From an uncultured Clostridia bacterium (GTDB lineage: Bacteria; Bacillota; Clostridia; Tissierellales; Sedimentibacteraceae), in NCBI GenBank assembly GCA_964421845.1, contig CAYQYY010000007.1:46804-110803 (forward strand): DNA of 64,000 bases. The letters are read 5' to 3'. A program made the position numbers and the translations under genes. Of the stretch, positions 9,427 to 18,451 are shown piece by piece (within the stretch, counting starts at the first letter, position 1; the number at the start of each line of letters is the position of its first letter). Under the pieces are notes generated by a model that was given only the letters and a program-made list of their open reading frames with translations, did not search any database and was not told the origin of the DNA.

Positions 9427-11503
9427 AAGAAAAAAAATAACCAAAACAGCTGCTTTTATATTGCTTATAATTTGTGTTATGACAGTTGCATCTTCCGGCT
9501 TAAACATATATCTTAATGTAGAAAACTATGAGAGCATTACAGTCAAAAACTACATGGAAAGCAACACACTAAGTAATGAACTGAGATATGTTGCAAACCG
9601 TTTAGAACATGTCTTAAGGGTTTATAAAAGCGAAGAATTTATACTTCGCGGAGGTACAGTTGAAGATTTAGATATAGAGGATAGCTGGCAGCTTACTAAT
9701 TTATACAATAATTATATTACTGAAAAGAGTTTTGAAAACAATCAAGAATCAAGGGATTTGTTTTGGAAGGAAAGAATAAAAGAAATAGAGGAAATAAAAA
9801 AAACAATTCTAAACTCTGATTTAACCGCTTACCATCAAATAATAGATGATTTGAACGAACCTAAGGGGTTAATTTATTATGCTACTGATGGAAAAAATGT
9901 GAGCACCAATACAGGAAACCCGGATAAAAATTATTATAAATTATTCAATGTATATATTTTAATAGATAACAAAGTAATTGACTTAGTTCCTGATAACGGA
10001 TATGGGAACTTTTCAGCTTCCTTGATGGAAACATACAAAAAGGTTGAAAGCAAAAGAGATAAAACTGCTATTTACGCAGCAATCACTGATGATGGACTAT
10101 TGCTTCGGGTTAACAAGTGGAATTCAGACAGACAATTATTAATTAAAAATACAGCTGCAATGGTTATTTTATTGTTTTTAATATTAACATGTTTTGTCTA
10201 TCTGACATCAGTTGCAGGTAGAACACCCGATAATGAAGAAGTCCATTTGTCCCATATAGACGAATTTTTTACAGACTTAAATTTAATGTTAATTACCGGC
10301 ATAGTTGCATTAGTAAAGCTTAATTTTGACAAAGTATTGGATCTGAGATTTGTAAATGTTAATATAATGAGATTTATAATGCTGTCTATAGCAGCAGTAA
10401 TAGTTTTTATTTTTTTAATATTGTTTTTCTCGTTAGCAAGACATTTTAAGAATGGAACATTAGTAAAACATTCACTGATATACTTGTTACTAAAAGAAGC
10501 AAAAAACAGCTTCGTGAAAATTGTTGCCGGCGGACCGCTAATGTTAAAATCAATCGGTGCAATTTTATTGTTAATAGGGATTTCAGCTTACAGCTTAAAT
10601 TATCCGCCACTTTTAATAATAATAACACTAATTGCCATCTACTACATATATAAAAAAGTCAAAAAATTTGAAACTATACAAGAAGGTTTGCGGATTGCTA
10701 AAGACGGTAATTATGATTATAAAATAAACTTGGACGGAACCGGTGAATTTAATAAGCTTTCAGAAGATATAAATGAAATGACCAGTGGCTTAAAAATAGC
10801 CGTACAAAATAAAGTAAAAAGCGAAAAATTAAAAACAGAATTGATAACCAATGTTTCTCACGATATAAAAACTCCGCTGACTTCAATAATTTCATATGTG
10901 GATTTATTAAAAAGAGAAGGGCTTTGCTCAGATAATGCTCCTAAATACTTAGAGGTATTGGACAGAAAATCAAAAAGATTAAAAACACTTACCGAGGATT
11001 TGTTTGAAGCGGCGAAGGCAACCAGCGGAAGCATTGAGCCGAAATTTGAAAAAGTTAATGTAAATGCATTGGTTTCACAGATTTTAGGAGAGTTAGACGA
11101 AAAAATACAAGAATCAAAATTGGTATTTAAGGTAACTGCTACAGGGGAAAAAATATATGTTAGAGCAGATGGCAGGTTACTAAGCAGAGTTATGGAAAAT
11201 CTGTTGTCAAATATTTTTAAATATGCCGTTAAAGGTTCAAGAGTTTATATAAATATTTCTGAAGCAGAAAAAGAAGTAAGGGTTAGTTTTAAAAATGTTT
11301 CGGCCTATGAGCTTAACATTTCCGCCGAAGAATTGATGGAAAGATTCAAAAGGGGTGACGAATCAAGGAGCTCAGAAGGCAGTGGCTTAGGTCTTGCAAT
11401 TGCAAAATCTTTAATGGAAATTCAAGAAGGTATATTAGAAATCAGCATAGACGGCGACTTGTTCAAGGCAGATGTGTTGTTAGAGAAATATGATAGTTTA
11501 TAA
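9398..11503 (+). CDS. Sensor histidine kinase with large N-terminal extracytoplasmic and multi-TM region, HAMP, HisKA, HATPase_c
   Basis: H-box VSHDIKTPLTSI, N-box LLSNIFKYA, G-boxes GSGLGLAIAKS. GTG at 9398 overlaps the regulator gene; TTG at 9401 is an alternative start. Confidence 0.85.
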   Translation: MLVTKWKIYKRKKITKTAAFILLIICVMTVASSGLNIYLNVENYESITVKNYMESNTLSNELRYVANRLEHVLRVYKSEEFILRGGTVEDLDIEDSWQLTNLYNNYITEKSFENNQESRDLFWKERIKEIEEIKKTILNSDLTAYHQIIDDLNEPKGLIYYATDGKNVSTNTGNPDKNYYKLFNVYILIDNKVIDLVPDNGYGNFSASLMETYKKVESKRDKTAIYAAITDDGLLLRVNKWNSDRQLLIKNTAAMVILLFLILTCFVYLTSVAGRTPDNEEVHLSHIDEFFTDLNLMLITGIVALVKLNFDKVLDLRFVNVNIMRFIMLSIAAVIVFIFLILFFSLARHFKNGTLVKHSLIYLLLKEAKNSFVKIVAGGPLMLKSIGAILLLIGISAYSLNYPPLLIIITLIAIYYIYKKVKKFETIQEGLRIAKDGNYDYKINLDGTGEFNKLSEDINEMTSGLKIAVQNKVKSEKLKTELITNVSHDIKTPLTSIISYVDLLKREGLCSDNAPKYLEVLDRKSKRLKTLTEDLFEAAKATSGSIEPKFEKVNVNALVSQILGELDEKIQESKLVFKVTATGEKIYVRADGRLLSRVMENLLSNIFKYAVKGSRVYINISEAEKEVRVSFKNVSAYELNISAEELMERFKRGDESRSSEGSGLGLAIAKSLMEIQEGILEISIDGDLFKADVLLEKYDSL

Positions 11504-11562
11504 TAAAATTTTTATAAATCATGAATAAAAAATAATAAATCGCTCATAATACTAAAAAAGAA

Positions 11563-11629
11563 AACAGCGTGTAACTTTTAAATATAACGTCCCCCTTTAT
11601 TTTAATCATACGCTTTTTTCTTTTTTTTA
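11563..11629 (+). repeat. attL core: 67-bp direct repeat identical to 28046-28112
   Basis: AACAGCGTGTAACTTTTAAATATAACGTCCCCCTTTATTTTAATCATACGCTTTTTTCTTTTTTTTA aligned base by base with the right copy; 67/67 identical. Confidence 0.9.
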
Positions 11630-11733
11630 TTTAAGCGTTGAAATTAGAATAAATATTGATAATTCAAAGGGTTGCAAAAATGAGAGTTTATAATAAAGTA
11701 GGAATACCAAAAAAGGAGACTATATTATAAACT

Positions 11734-12690
11734 ATGGCACGAATAAAAATGCAAGATAAGAAACTAAAAGACATTGAAATTTCAACTGCTTGGGAAGAAT
11801 ATGAAAAAGAATTAAAAGTTAGAGGTTTAAGCAAGTTTAGTATTATAACTAAAAATTCTATATTCAAGGATTTTAGTAAATTCTGTAATACTGAAGCTAC
11901 CAAAACAAATGAATTAAATGAAAAGTTAGTTAACAATTATATCTTATGGCTGATGGAACGAGGAAATAAAAACACTACAATTAATAGTAAGATGACTAAC
12001 TTTAAACCTTTTGTCAATTGGTGTATTGAAAAAGAATATTGTGAAGAATTTAAAATTAAATCAGTTAATGCTGGACAAACTATTAAATCCACTTATTCAG
12101 TTAGTGATTTAGAGAAAATATTAGAGAAACCTAACATAAAAAAATGTACATTTGCAGAGTATAGAAACTGGGTGCTTTGCAATTATTTCCTTGCAACAGG
12201 AAACAGGTTAAATTCAGTTGTCAACATAAAGATTAAGGATATTGATTTTAATAATAATTTGGTTAAATTATCTGAAACTAAAAATAAGAAAGAACAGATA
12301 ATACCAATAACAATTCAACTAAGTAATATTTTAAAGGAATATTTGACATATAGAAACGGTGAACCAAATGATTATTTATTTGTTAATATAGATGGATTAC
12401 CATTGAAAAGAACATCCTGTCAGCAAGCTTTAATTCATTATACAAAAAAACAACATGGAATAAACATTAGTTCAATTCATGCTTTTCGTAGGACATTCGC
12501 AACAATGTATATTCAAAATGGCGGTAACTTATTTGCATTACAACAACTACTTGGACATTCAAAATTAGAAACCACAAGAAAATACGTGGTATTAGCATTA
12601 AAAGATTTGCAAGATAACTATGAACTATATAATCCTTTGGACGTTTTGATAAACAAGAATAAAAAAGAAAGAATTAAATTAAAAAAATAA
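11734..12690 (+). CDS. int: Tyrosine recombinase / phage integrase
   Basis: 318 aa. Catalytic residues in the expected order: LATGNRLNS (Arg), HAFRRTFAT (His-x-x-Arg), LLGHSKLETTRKY (His...Tyr). Adjacent to attL. Confidence 0.9.
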   Translation: MARIKMQDKKLKDIEISTAWEEYEKELKVRGLSKFSIITKNSIFKDFSKFCNTEATKTNELNEKLVNNYILWLMERGNKNTTINSKMTNFKPFVNWCIEKEYCEEFKIKSVNAGQTIKSTYSVSDLEKILEKPNIKKCTFAEYRNWVLCNYFLATGNRLNSVVNIKIKDIDFNNNLVKLSETKNKKEQIIPITIQLSNILKEYLTYRNGEPNDYLFVNIDGLPLKRTSCQQALIHYTKKQHGINISSIHAFRRTFATMYIQNGGNLFALQQLLGHSKLETTRKYVVLALKDLQDNYELYNPLDVLINKNKKERIKLKK

Positions 12691-12761
12691 TGTATAAATA
12701 TTAAAATTATATTAAAATAAACATAGAATTAAATTAAAAAGAAATGGCTAAAAATAAACGC

Positions 12762-12790
12762 TTGACAAGTAATTTTCTACGTATTATAAT
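12762..12790 (+). promoter_or_regulatory. Consensus SigA promoter TTGACA-N17-TATAAT
   Basis: Read directly. Lies 30 nt upstream of the ATG at 12820. Confidence 0.65.
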
Positions 12791-12819
12791 GTGTATAAAT
12801 AATACATGGAGGTAATAAA

Positions 12820-13074
12820 ATGAAAGATTATTTATTTATACTATCAGAATCAAAAAAGGAAGTACAGGAAATCCAGCAGACTAATCCAATATACATTATA
12901 TACGATAACTACTTGCAGAAGTATTACGGTGAAACAGTTAAAGAGAACGAGGATTTTATACCTATGGACTTGGGAGATAAAATTATTATAGTATATTCGA
13001 TAGAGGATATAGATGAAGATTCTACTGAAAATATTTTTGATACAATGCAAGATATGTTATACATGAGGGCGTAA
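12820..13074 (+). CDS. Hypothetical acidic 84-aa protein
   Basis: GGAGG RBS, consensus promoter upstream and terminator downstream. No recognisable motif. Confidence 0.55.
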   Translation: MKDYLFILSESKKEVQEIQQTNPIYIIYDNYLQKYYGETVKENEDFIPMDLGDKIIIVYSIEDIDEDSTENIFDTMQDMLYMRA

Positions 13075-13088
13075 AAGCCCTTTTTTTT
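13067..13088 (+). terminator. Rho-independent terminator
   Basis: GGGC-gtaaaa-GCCC followed by T8. Overlaps the stop codon of the 84-aa ORF. Confidence 0.55.
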
Positions 13089-13147
13089 ATTGAAAATTCA
13101 ATTGTTACGAAAATATTAAAATATATTAAAATAATTTAATAAAACAC

Positions 13148-13176
13148 TTGACAACGTATTTGGGGTATGTTATACT
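13148..13176 (+). promoter_or_regulatory. SigA-type promoter TTGACA-N17-TATACT
   Basis: Read directly. It would give a leader of about 300 nt before the 966-aa ORF. Confidence 0.55.
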
Positions 13177-13478
13177 TATTGATGAGGGATTGTATATTTT
13201 TTTAAACAACAATATCCCTACATCATTTTGAGGAGGGAATTTATTTTTTTATTACTTTTATTCAGTTGGTTATATTTATCTCAATTTACATGATTATATC
13301 ACAACTGAATTAGTATGTCAACACTAAATTTTACATAAATGAAATAATTTTTAATTAGTAAGTAATACGATAAAATTCCTGTTTTATTAGGTTAGACAGA
13401 AAAACAAACGTTGGAATTTCAACACTTAAAATTTAACAAAATTATTGGAATTATATTAAAAAGAGGGGTAAGTAATAA

Positions 13479-16379
13479 ATGGCACAGTTACAAAATCAAA
13501 TACATATGTACAGTATAGATACAAGTTTTTTCTATACAACTAAAGAAACAAAATTATTGGAAGAAATAAAAAACCTTCAGAACATTAATAAAAAAGAGTT
13601 AAAACAGCCATATGAGAAAAAGAGAAAAGAAATAAAAAAGTTTAATGACAAATTAAAAGAGAGTGAAGTGTATTTAGAATATAGGGATGTACTTGACAAG
13701 CTAAAACAGTTATATAAATTGCGTAAAAGCTTTATTGAAAAAGGAATTAATAAAAAATCGCACGAATTGCATAATCAATTTTCAGAGAATGAAACAACAA
13801 TTAAGGAATTATATAATTATAAACAAGTATTAAAAATTGAAGTTGATAAAATAGAATTTTTAGATATAAAAGATACGGAAGAAAATAAAAAATATGAAAC
13901 TAACAAAAAGGAAATTGAAAAGTTAGAAATTAAATTAGAAAAAGAATTTAATAAAAATATTATAAGGAACATTACAAAAGAATTTACACCAGCTGATACA
14001 ATATCTAATTTTGAAAGTAGCTTGACAAGAACATTAAAAATTAAAACAAATGACACAACTGATAAATTGATTGTAATACGTGTTTATCACTATAATTTAT
14101 TTAAAAATTTAATTAAAAATGGTTTTAATCATAATAAAAAACATTACATATTCTTTACATCATCTTCTGGACAGCTTAAAGAAAAGAAAGCTATGTTTAT
14201 GGAAGAAAATGCTTTTAATGAACATAAAAACACAATCTATTGTGGCTTGACTAAAGATAAGATAAGCGAAAAGAAAGTAATAGTTAATAAGTATCTTTCA
14301 TATTTAGCGTTGACAGCTACAGCAAGTGAAAAATGGGAGAATTTTAATATTGATGAAGTTTTAATCGTTGATGATATGGAAAGTATTTTACCAAATACAG
14401 AAGTTAAATTTATTGATTATGATAATTATGATGAAAATGGTTTGTGGAAAGTTACAACAGAAAAGAAAGATATTAAGATTCCCGTTATGGATGGTGCTGG
14501 AATTTGTCTTGATTACACGGGTATTATCCGCCTTCCGTTTCTCAAAGGATTAGTTGTGCAGTTTTCATTCAAAGATTTTATTAAACAGAAAAGAATGGAA
14601 GAAAAAAGGGATGCAAGAAAAAAAGGTATTAAATTAACTGAAACTAAAATAGGTAAAGTTAAAGATATATGGAATAAAGAATATGACATAATTCAAGACA
14701 ATATTAGATATATATTCACAAAATCACAGTTTAAAATGTGGAAGTATTATGATAGTTGGGAAGAGTACAAGACAGCCTTCAAGGAATATAACTGTGAAGC
14801 ATCTAAATGTATTGAAGAAAGCAAACAATTTAAGAAAGCAAAATTTAGTTATCAAGCATTGCAATCACTATATGATTTATCGGATATTGAATTAAAGGAA
14901 ATTTTAAAAGATACCAATGAAACGATCGAAAATATAGGCAAAGATAGACAAACAATCTTAAAGACATTAGGTGCTACTGAATACAATGAAAAGAAAAATA
15001 ATTGGCAAGAAGCTTTAATGCTTTACCCAGAAATGCTGAATGACTTATATTCCAAAAGGATATTAAACGAAACTAAGGCAAGTATCATTAACAATTCAAG
15101 GTATGGAAAGTTTAAAGTTGATGGAACATACACTTTTATATTACCAGATGTATATGCTTTTGCTGAATGGTTATTCTGCCACAATGACAATCCAAAGGGG
15201 TTATTAAAAAATGGTGAAGTATCATGTAATCATTTTGCAGATAATCAAGAAGTATCATTAACCAGAAGTCCTCACTTAAATTTTAGTCATTGTGTAAATA
15301 AAAATGTAATAAATGATGATACAAAGAAATGGTTTAAAGCAAGTGGTGTTTATACAAGCATATTTTCAACTAATTCGCTTGTTATGGCTTATGATGTAGA
15401 TGGTGATGAAACATTAATAATATCAGAACCTACTATAATTAAATCAGCAAAAAGAATTAAGGAAAGACATAATTTTATTCCATTGTATTATGAAATGAAA
15501 AAAGGTAAACCAGCAAAGATAACAAATAAGAATTTATATAATTCAATGACTTCAGCATTTGGAAAAAGTGTTGGTGATACCTCAAACAATATAACTAAAA
15601 TATGGAATAAGGGTAATATTGATGAAGATGAAATAAAAGCTATGGATTATTTAACAATGTGGGCGAACTTCATCATAGATTTTACTAAAAGTCAATTTCT
15701 TCCTACTAAATCTGATGAAATGAGTAAGTTTTTAAGTCAATATACAAATAACAAATTACCTCACTTTATCAGATATATAAAAGATAAAAATAAAAACATT
15801 TATAAGATGAAAACCAGTGATAGAGAAGCAGCATTAGATGAAAAATATGCAATAACAAATAGTAGTGTTGTTAATAGGTTAGAAGAATTGGTATCTAATC
15901 CACCTAAAACATTTAAGGCTAAAAATTGTGGTAAATTTGATTATAAAATGCTTTTACATAATAAAAATATTGATACATCCACCAAACAAGCAAAGGCAAT
16001 TATAAGCAAGTTTAAATATCTAACTGGAAATAAAAAGTTTTACAGCAAGGAAGATGTAGAAGAAAAACATAAATATGCTAAAACATTTATAAAAGATGAA
16101 ACTTTAAAGATTAATAATAATGAAATTTATGTTGTTGATGTATTAGTTAAATATTATTATCACGATATAAAAAGCGATAACAAGAGAAGTTTGTGGGATA
16201 GTTTCGGGGATATTATATTGGAAAACATTAAGGAAAATATTCCAGCTAATACAATTCTCTGTGAAAAATGTGGGGAAAGAATTACTAAAACAAACAATAG
16301 AATAAAATATTGTCCTGAATGTGCAAAAGAAATTAATGCAGAAAAAACTAAAAACAATAAATATAAATTAGCAGTTTGA
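13479..16379 (+). CDS. YonO / cellular-RdRP-like two-barrel (double-psi beta-barrel) RNA polymerase candidate, with N-terminal Lys/Glu-rich coiled coil and C-terminal zinc ribbon
   Basis: 966 aa. MAYDVDGDE (D639-D643, nt 15393-15407) is preceded by TRSPHL (nt 15261-15275), about 40 aa upstream. MDGAGICL...IIRLPFLKG at residues 337-357. C-terminal CEKCGx13CPEC. GAGGGG RBS. Confidence 0.55.
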   Translation: MAQLQNQIHMYSIDTSFFYTTKETKLLEEIKNLQNINKKELKQPYEKKRKEIKKFNDKLKESEVYLEYRDVLDKLKQLYKLRKSFIEKGINKKSHELHNQFSENETTIKELYNYKQVLKIEVDKIEFLDIKDTEENKKYETNKKEIEKLEIKLEKEFNKNIIRNITKEFTPADTISNFESSLTRTLKIKTNDTTDKLIVIRVYHYNLFKNLIKNGFNHNKKHYIFFTSSSGQLKEKKAMFMEENAFNEHKNTIYCGLTKDKISEKKVIVNKYLSYLALTATASEKWENFNIDEVLIVDDMESILPNTEVKFIDYDNYDENGLWKVTTEKKDIKIPVMDGAGICLDYTGIIRLPFLKGLVVQFSFKDFIKQKRMEEKRDARKKGIKLTETKIGKVKDIWNKEYDIIQDNIRYIFTKSQFKMWKYYDSWEEYKTAFKEYNCEASKCIEESKQFKKAKFSYQALQSLYDLSDIELKEILKDTNETIENIGKDRQTILKTLGATEYNEKKNNWQEALMLYPEMLNDLYSKRILNETKASIINNSRYGKFKVDGTYTFILPDVYAFAEWLFCHNDNPKGLLKNGEVSCNHFADNQEVSLTRSPHLNFSHCVNKNVINDDTKKWFKASGVYTSIFSTNSLVMAYDVDGDETLIISEPTIIKSAKRIKERHNFIPLYYEMKKGKPAKITNKNLYNSMTSAFGKSVGDTSNNITKIWNKGNIDEDEIKAMDYLTMWANFIIDFTKSQFLPTKSDEMSKFLSQYTNNKLPHFIRYIKDKNKNIYKMKTSDREAALDEKYAITNSSVVNRLEELVSNPPKTFKAKNCGKFDYKMLLHNKNIDTSTKQAKAIISKFKYLTGNKKFYSKEDVEEKHKYAKTFIKDETLKINNNEIYVVDVLVKYYYHDIKSDNKRSLWDSFGDIILENIKENIPANTILCEKCGERITKTNNRIKYCPECAKEINAEKTKNNKYKLAV

Positions 16380-16728
16380 TTTAGAAAAATTTGTCTAATC
16401 AATGGATAAAGCGTAGAAAACACAGTGTTTGACAAAAAAGGTAAAAAAAGTTTTCCTTGGATAAATCGAACAAATCTTTTTGACAATCGAAAATTTAGTA
16501 TCACTATAGGGGAAGGAAAACAGTTTTCCTAAACATAGTATGAATTAATATACTTGCATTTTAAATGCTACATGAACAATATATTATGTTCCCCTATTTA
16601 ATCTTTAAACAATGCAGGGGAGAATGCCACTCCATGAGATATTAATTACTTCTCTCTTTGTGCAGAAGGTTTGACTTTCTGCCCTGTGTTGTTTAAAGAA
16701 AATAAATTAGATTAAAGGGGTATTGAAT

Positions 16729-16920
16729 ATGGAAGAAATAAAAATAATCAACTTAATACAAGCAAAAAGATATATTAAAAATGGTGTTTTTCCGATTAGA
16801 TTAGAAATTAGTAAATATATTACTAAACCAACAGATGATGATGATGTATTAGTATTTATATTTAACAAAGAAGATACAACAGAAGTTTGGGAAAAGTGGA
16901 AAAATAGAACTTTAGCATAA
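16729..16920 (+). CDS. Small hypothetical protein (DUF5659-like pattern)
   Basis: ATG at 16729 lies 8 nt after AAAGGGG and is preferred over TTG at 16723. 63 aa. Confidence 0.5.
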   Translation: MEEIKIINLIQAKRYIKNGVFPIRLEISKYITKPTDDDDVLVFIFNKEDTTEVWEKWKNRTLA

Positions 16921-16928
16921 TAATTAAT

Positions 16929-17028
16929 AATGTGAACATTTCACTATGTTAATAATCAAGGGTATGAACATTTCAGTATATAAGGGTATGAACAGTTCAG
17001 TATGTAAGGGTGTGAACAGTTCAGTATC
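16929..17028 (+). repeat. Iterons: three tandem 24-bp repeats AAGGGTRTGAACAKTTCAGTATRT plus one degenerate upstream copy; candidate replication origin
   Basis: TGAACA cores at 16933, 16965, 16989 and 17013; the last three are exactly 24 bp apart. Lies directly upstream of the initiator-like gene. Confidence 0.7.
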
Positions 17029-17030
17029 CT

Positions 17031-17066
17031 ACTATATTAATGTACTATATTAAATTACTATATTAA
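17031..17066 (+). repeat. Three 13-bp-spaced copies of ACTATATTAA (AT-rich unwinding or DnaA-like box region of the origin)
   Basis: Copies at 17031-40, 17044-53 and 17057-66, read directly. Confidence 0.5.
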
Positions 17067-17203
17067 TTATATTGAAATTCCTATTCAGAATTTGTGCATA
17101 AGTTTTAAAAGATAAAGTTCAAGGTCAAAACATTCCAATAAGATAAAGGAATTATTTATGTATTGTTAATATTATAAAATTAAAATTAGAGAGGTATTGA
17201 AGT

Positions 17204-18382
17204 ATGAAGAAAAGAGAATTAGTTTACAAAAGTAAGGGTTTATATTATGAGTTGGATAAAAAGGGAATGGTTACAACTGGTTTTGCACAAGCAGATAATA
17301 ACATTATGAAAGAATTATGTATTGATTTCCACCCTAATGTTGCTATTGTATATTTTATGTTAATTAGTCATAGACATGGTGATAAGAATAATATTGAAAA
17401 ATATAATCAATGTTTTCCTACACAAGATATGTTAAGTAAAGAAACTGGATTGCATAAAGATACTATTGTTAAGTGTATTAGAACATTAGTAGAAAATGAA
17501 TATGTATTACATAGACAAGGTAATAGTCAACTTGCTAATCAATATTATTTCCCACAAGAAGAATTTTATCAAGGTGAAGGTGATTACTTACTTGATATTG
17601 TTGAGGATATAATTGATGATGAAGTAGTTGAAGAAATTCCCACTAATGATGATAACTTACCTTTCTTATCTGGTGATATTTTAGATAATAACGAAAGTTT
17701 TACACCAAAGGTAAAATATGTTAATGAAATAGATAATGATGATATATTTGATGATATATTGCCACCAATTAATAGTTCTGATGGATATGTTAAAGTATTC
17801 TATGATAATATGGTTAAATATTATGATATAACAGATGAAACTTTGGCAAATAATAATTATATAGATAAGAAAGTCAATTCCCTTATTGGATATGTTAAAG
17901 AAGAATTAGTTAAAAATAATATATTAGATATTACTGCTGATAAAGTTGTTACAGATATACTAAAAGGCAATAGGAAGTCATTCACAATTTCTTTAGGTGG
18001 TGCAAGTATAACTAAGGATTTTAATAAGTGTACTTACATTATTAGTTGTATTCAAAGTAACTTTACAAAAAAGAAATTGCCAGCATTGATTAAGAAACAT
18101 AGCAAAGATAAAATAGTTGATAAAGTTGTTGCTGATGATAATTTGGCTGATAGCTTAAATGATTTTTATGCTGATGATGATATGTTTGATTACATGAAAA
18201 AAAATTCTATTAATTCTAATAAAAAGGTTGATTTATCAAACGAAAAATATAATGGTGATTGGAAGTTTGAAAAGCAAAATAATGTAATTACAATAAATAA
18301 AAATAAATTTCCTATTGCGGAAGATGAAGATTTCTTTTTTAATGATGATGCAAAAAAGCAATTTGAGGAATTATTTGGTTAA
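17204..18382 (+). CDS. Replication initiator / replisome organiser candidate (N-terminal winged HTH, acidic C-terminal half)
   Basis: 392 aa. wHTH FPTQDMLSKETGLHKDTIVKCIRTLVENEYVLH. Sits next to the iterons. No enzymatic motif seen. Confidence 0.5.
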   Translation: MKKRELVYKSKGLYYELDKKGMVTTGFAQADNNIMKELCIDFHPNVAIVYFMLISHRHGDKNNIEKYNQCFPTQDMLSKETGLHKDTIVKCIRTLVENEYVLHRQGNSQLANQYYFPQEEFYQGEGDYLLDIVEDIIDDEVVEEIPTNDDNLPFLSGDILDNNESFTPKVKYVNEIDNDDIFDDILPPINSSDGYVKVFYDNMVKYYDITDETLANNNYIDKKVNSLIGYVKEELVKNNILDITADKVVTDILKGNRKSFTISLGGASITKDFNKCTYIISCIQSNFTKKKLPALIKKHSKDKIVDKVVADDNLADSLNDFYADDDMFDYMKKNSINSNKKVDLSNEKYNGDWKFEKQNNVITINKNKFPIAEDEDFFFNDDAKKQFEELFG

Positions 18383-18451
18383 ATAACGTTTGCAATAATA
18401 TATAAATAGTAGTAAAATATTGGTAAAATATATTATATGGGGGTAGAAATA

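Noticed and set aside
16502-16512. CACTATAGGGG, identical to the core (-7 to +3) of T7-type class III promoters, in the gap after the polymerase gene.
   Set aside because: The element's polymerase is not T7-like. A specified 10-mer is expected about 0.1 times in this window by chance, and I noticed it post hoc. More simply, it is the -10 region (CACTAT) of a TTGACA-N16 SigA promoter at 16480.
16929-17066. Tandem short repeats, checked as a possible CRISPR array.
   Set aside because: Repeats are contiguous (24-bp and 13-bp periods) with no unique spacers and no cas genes. The layout fits origin iterons.
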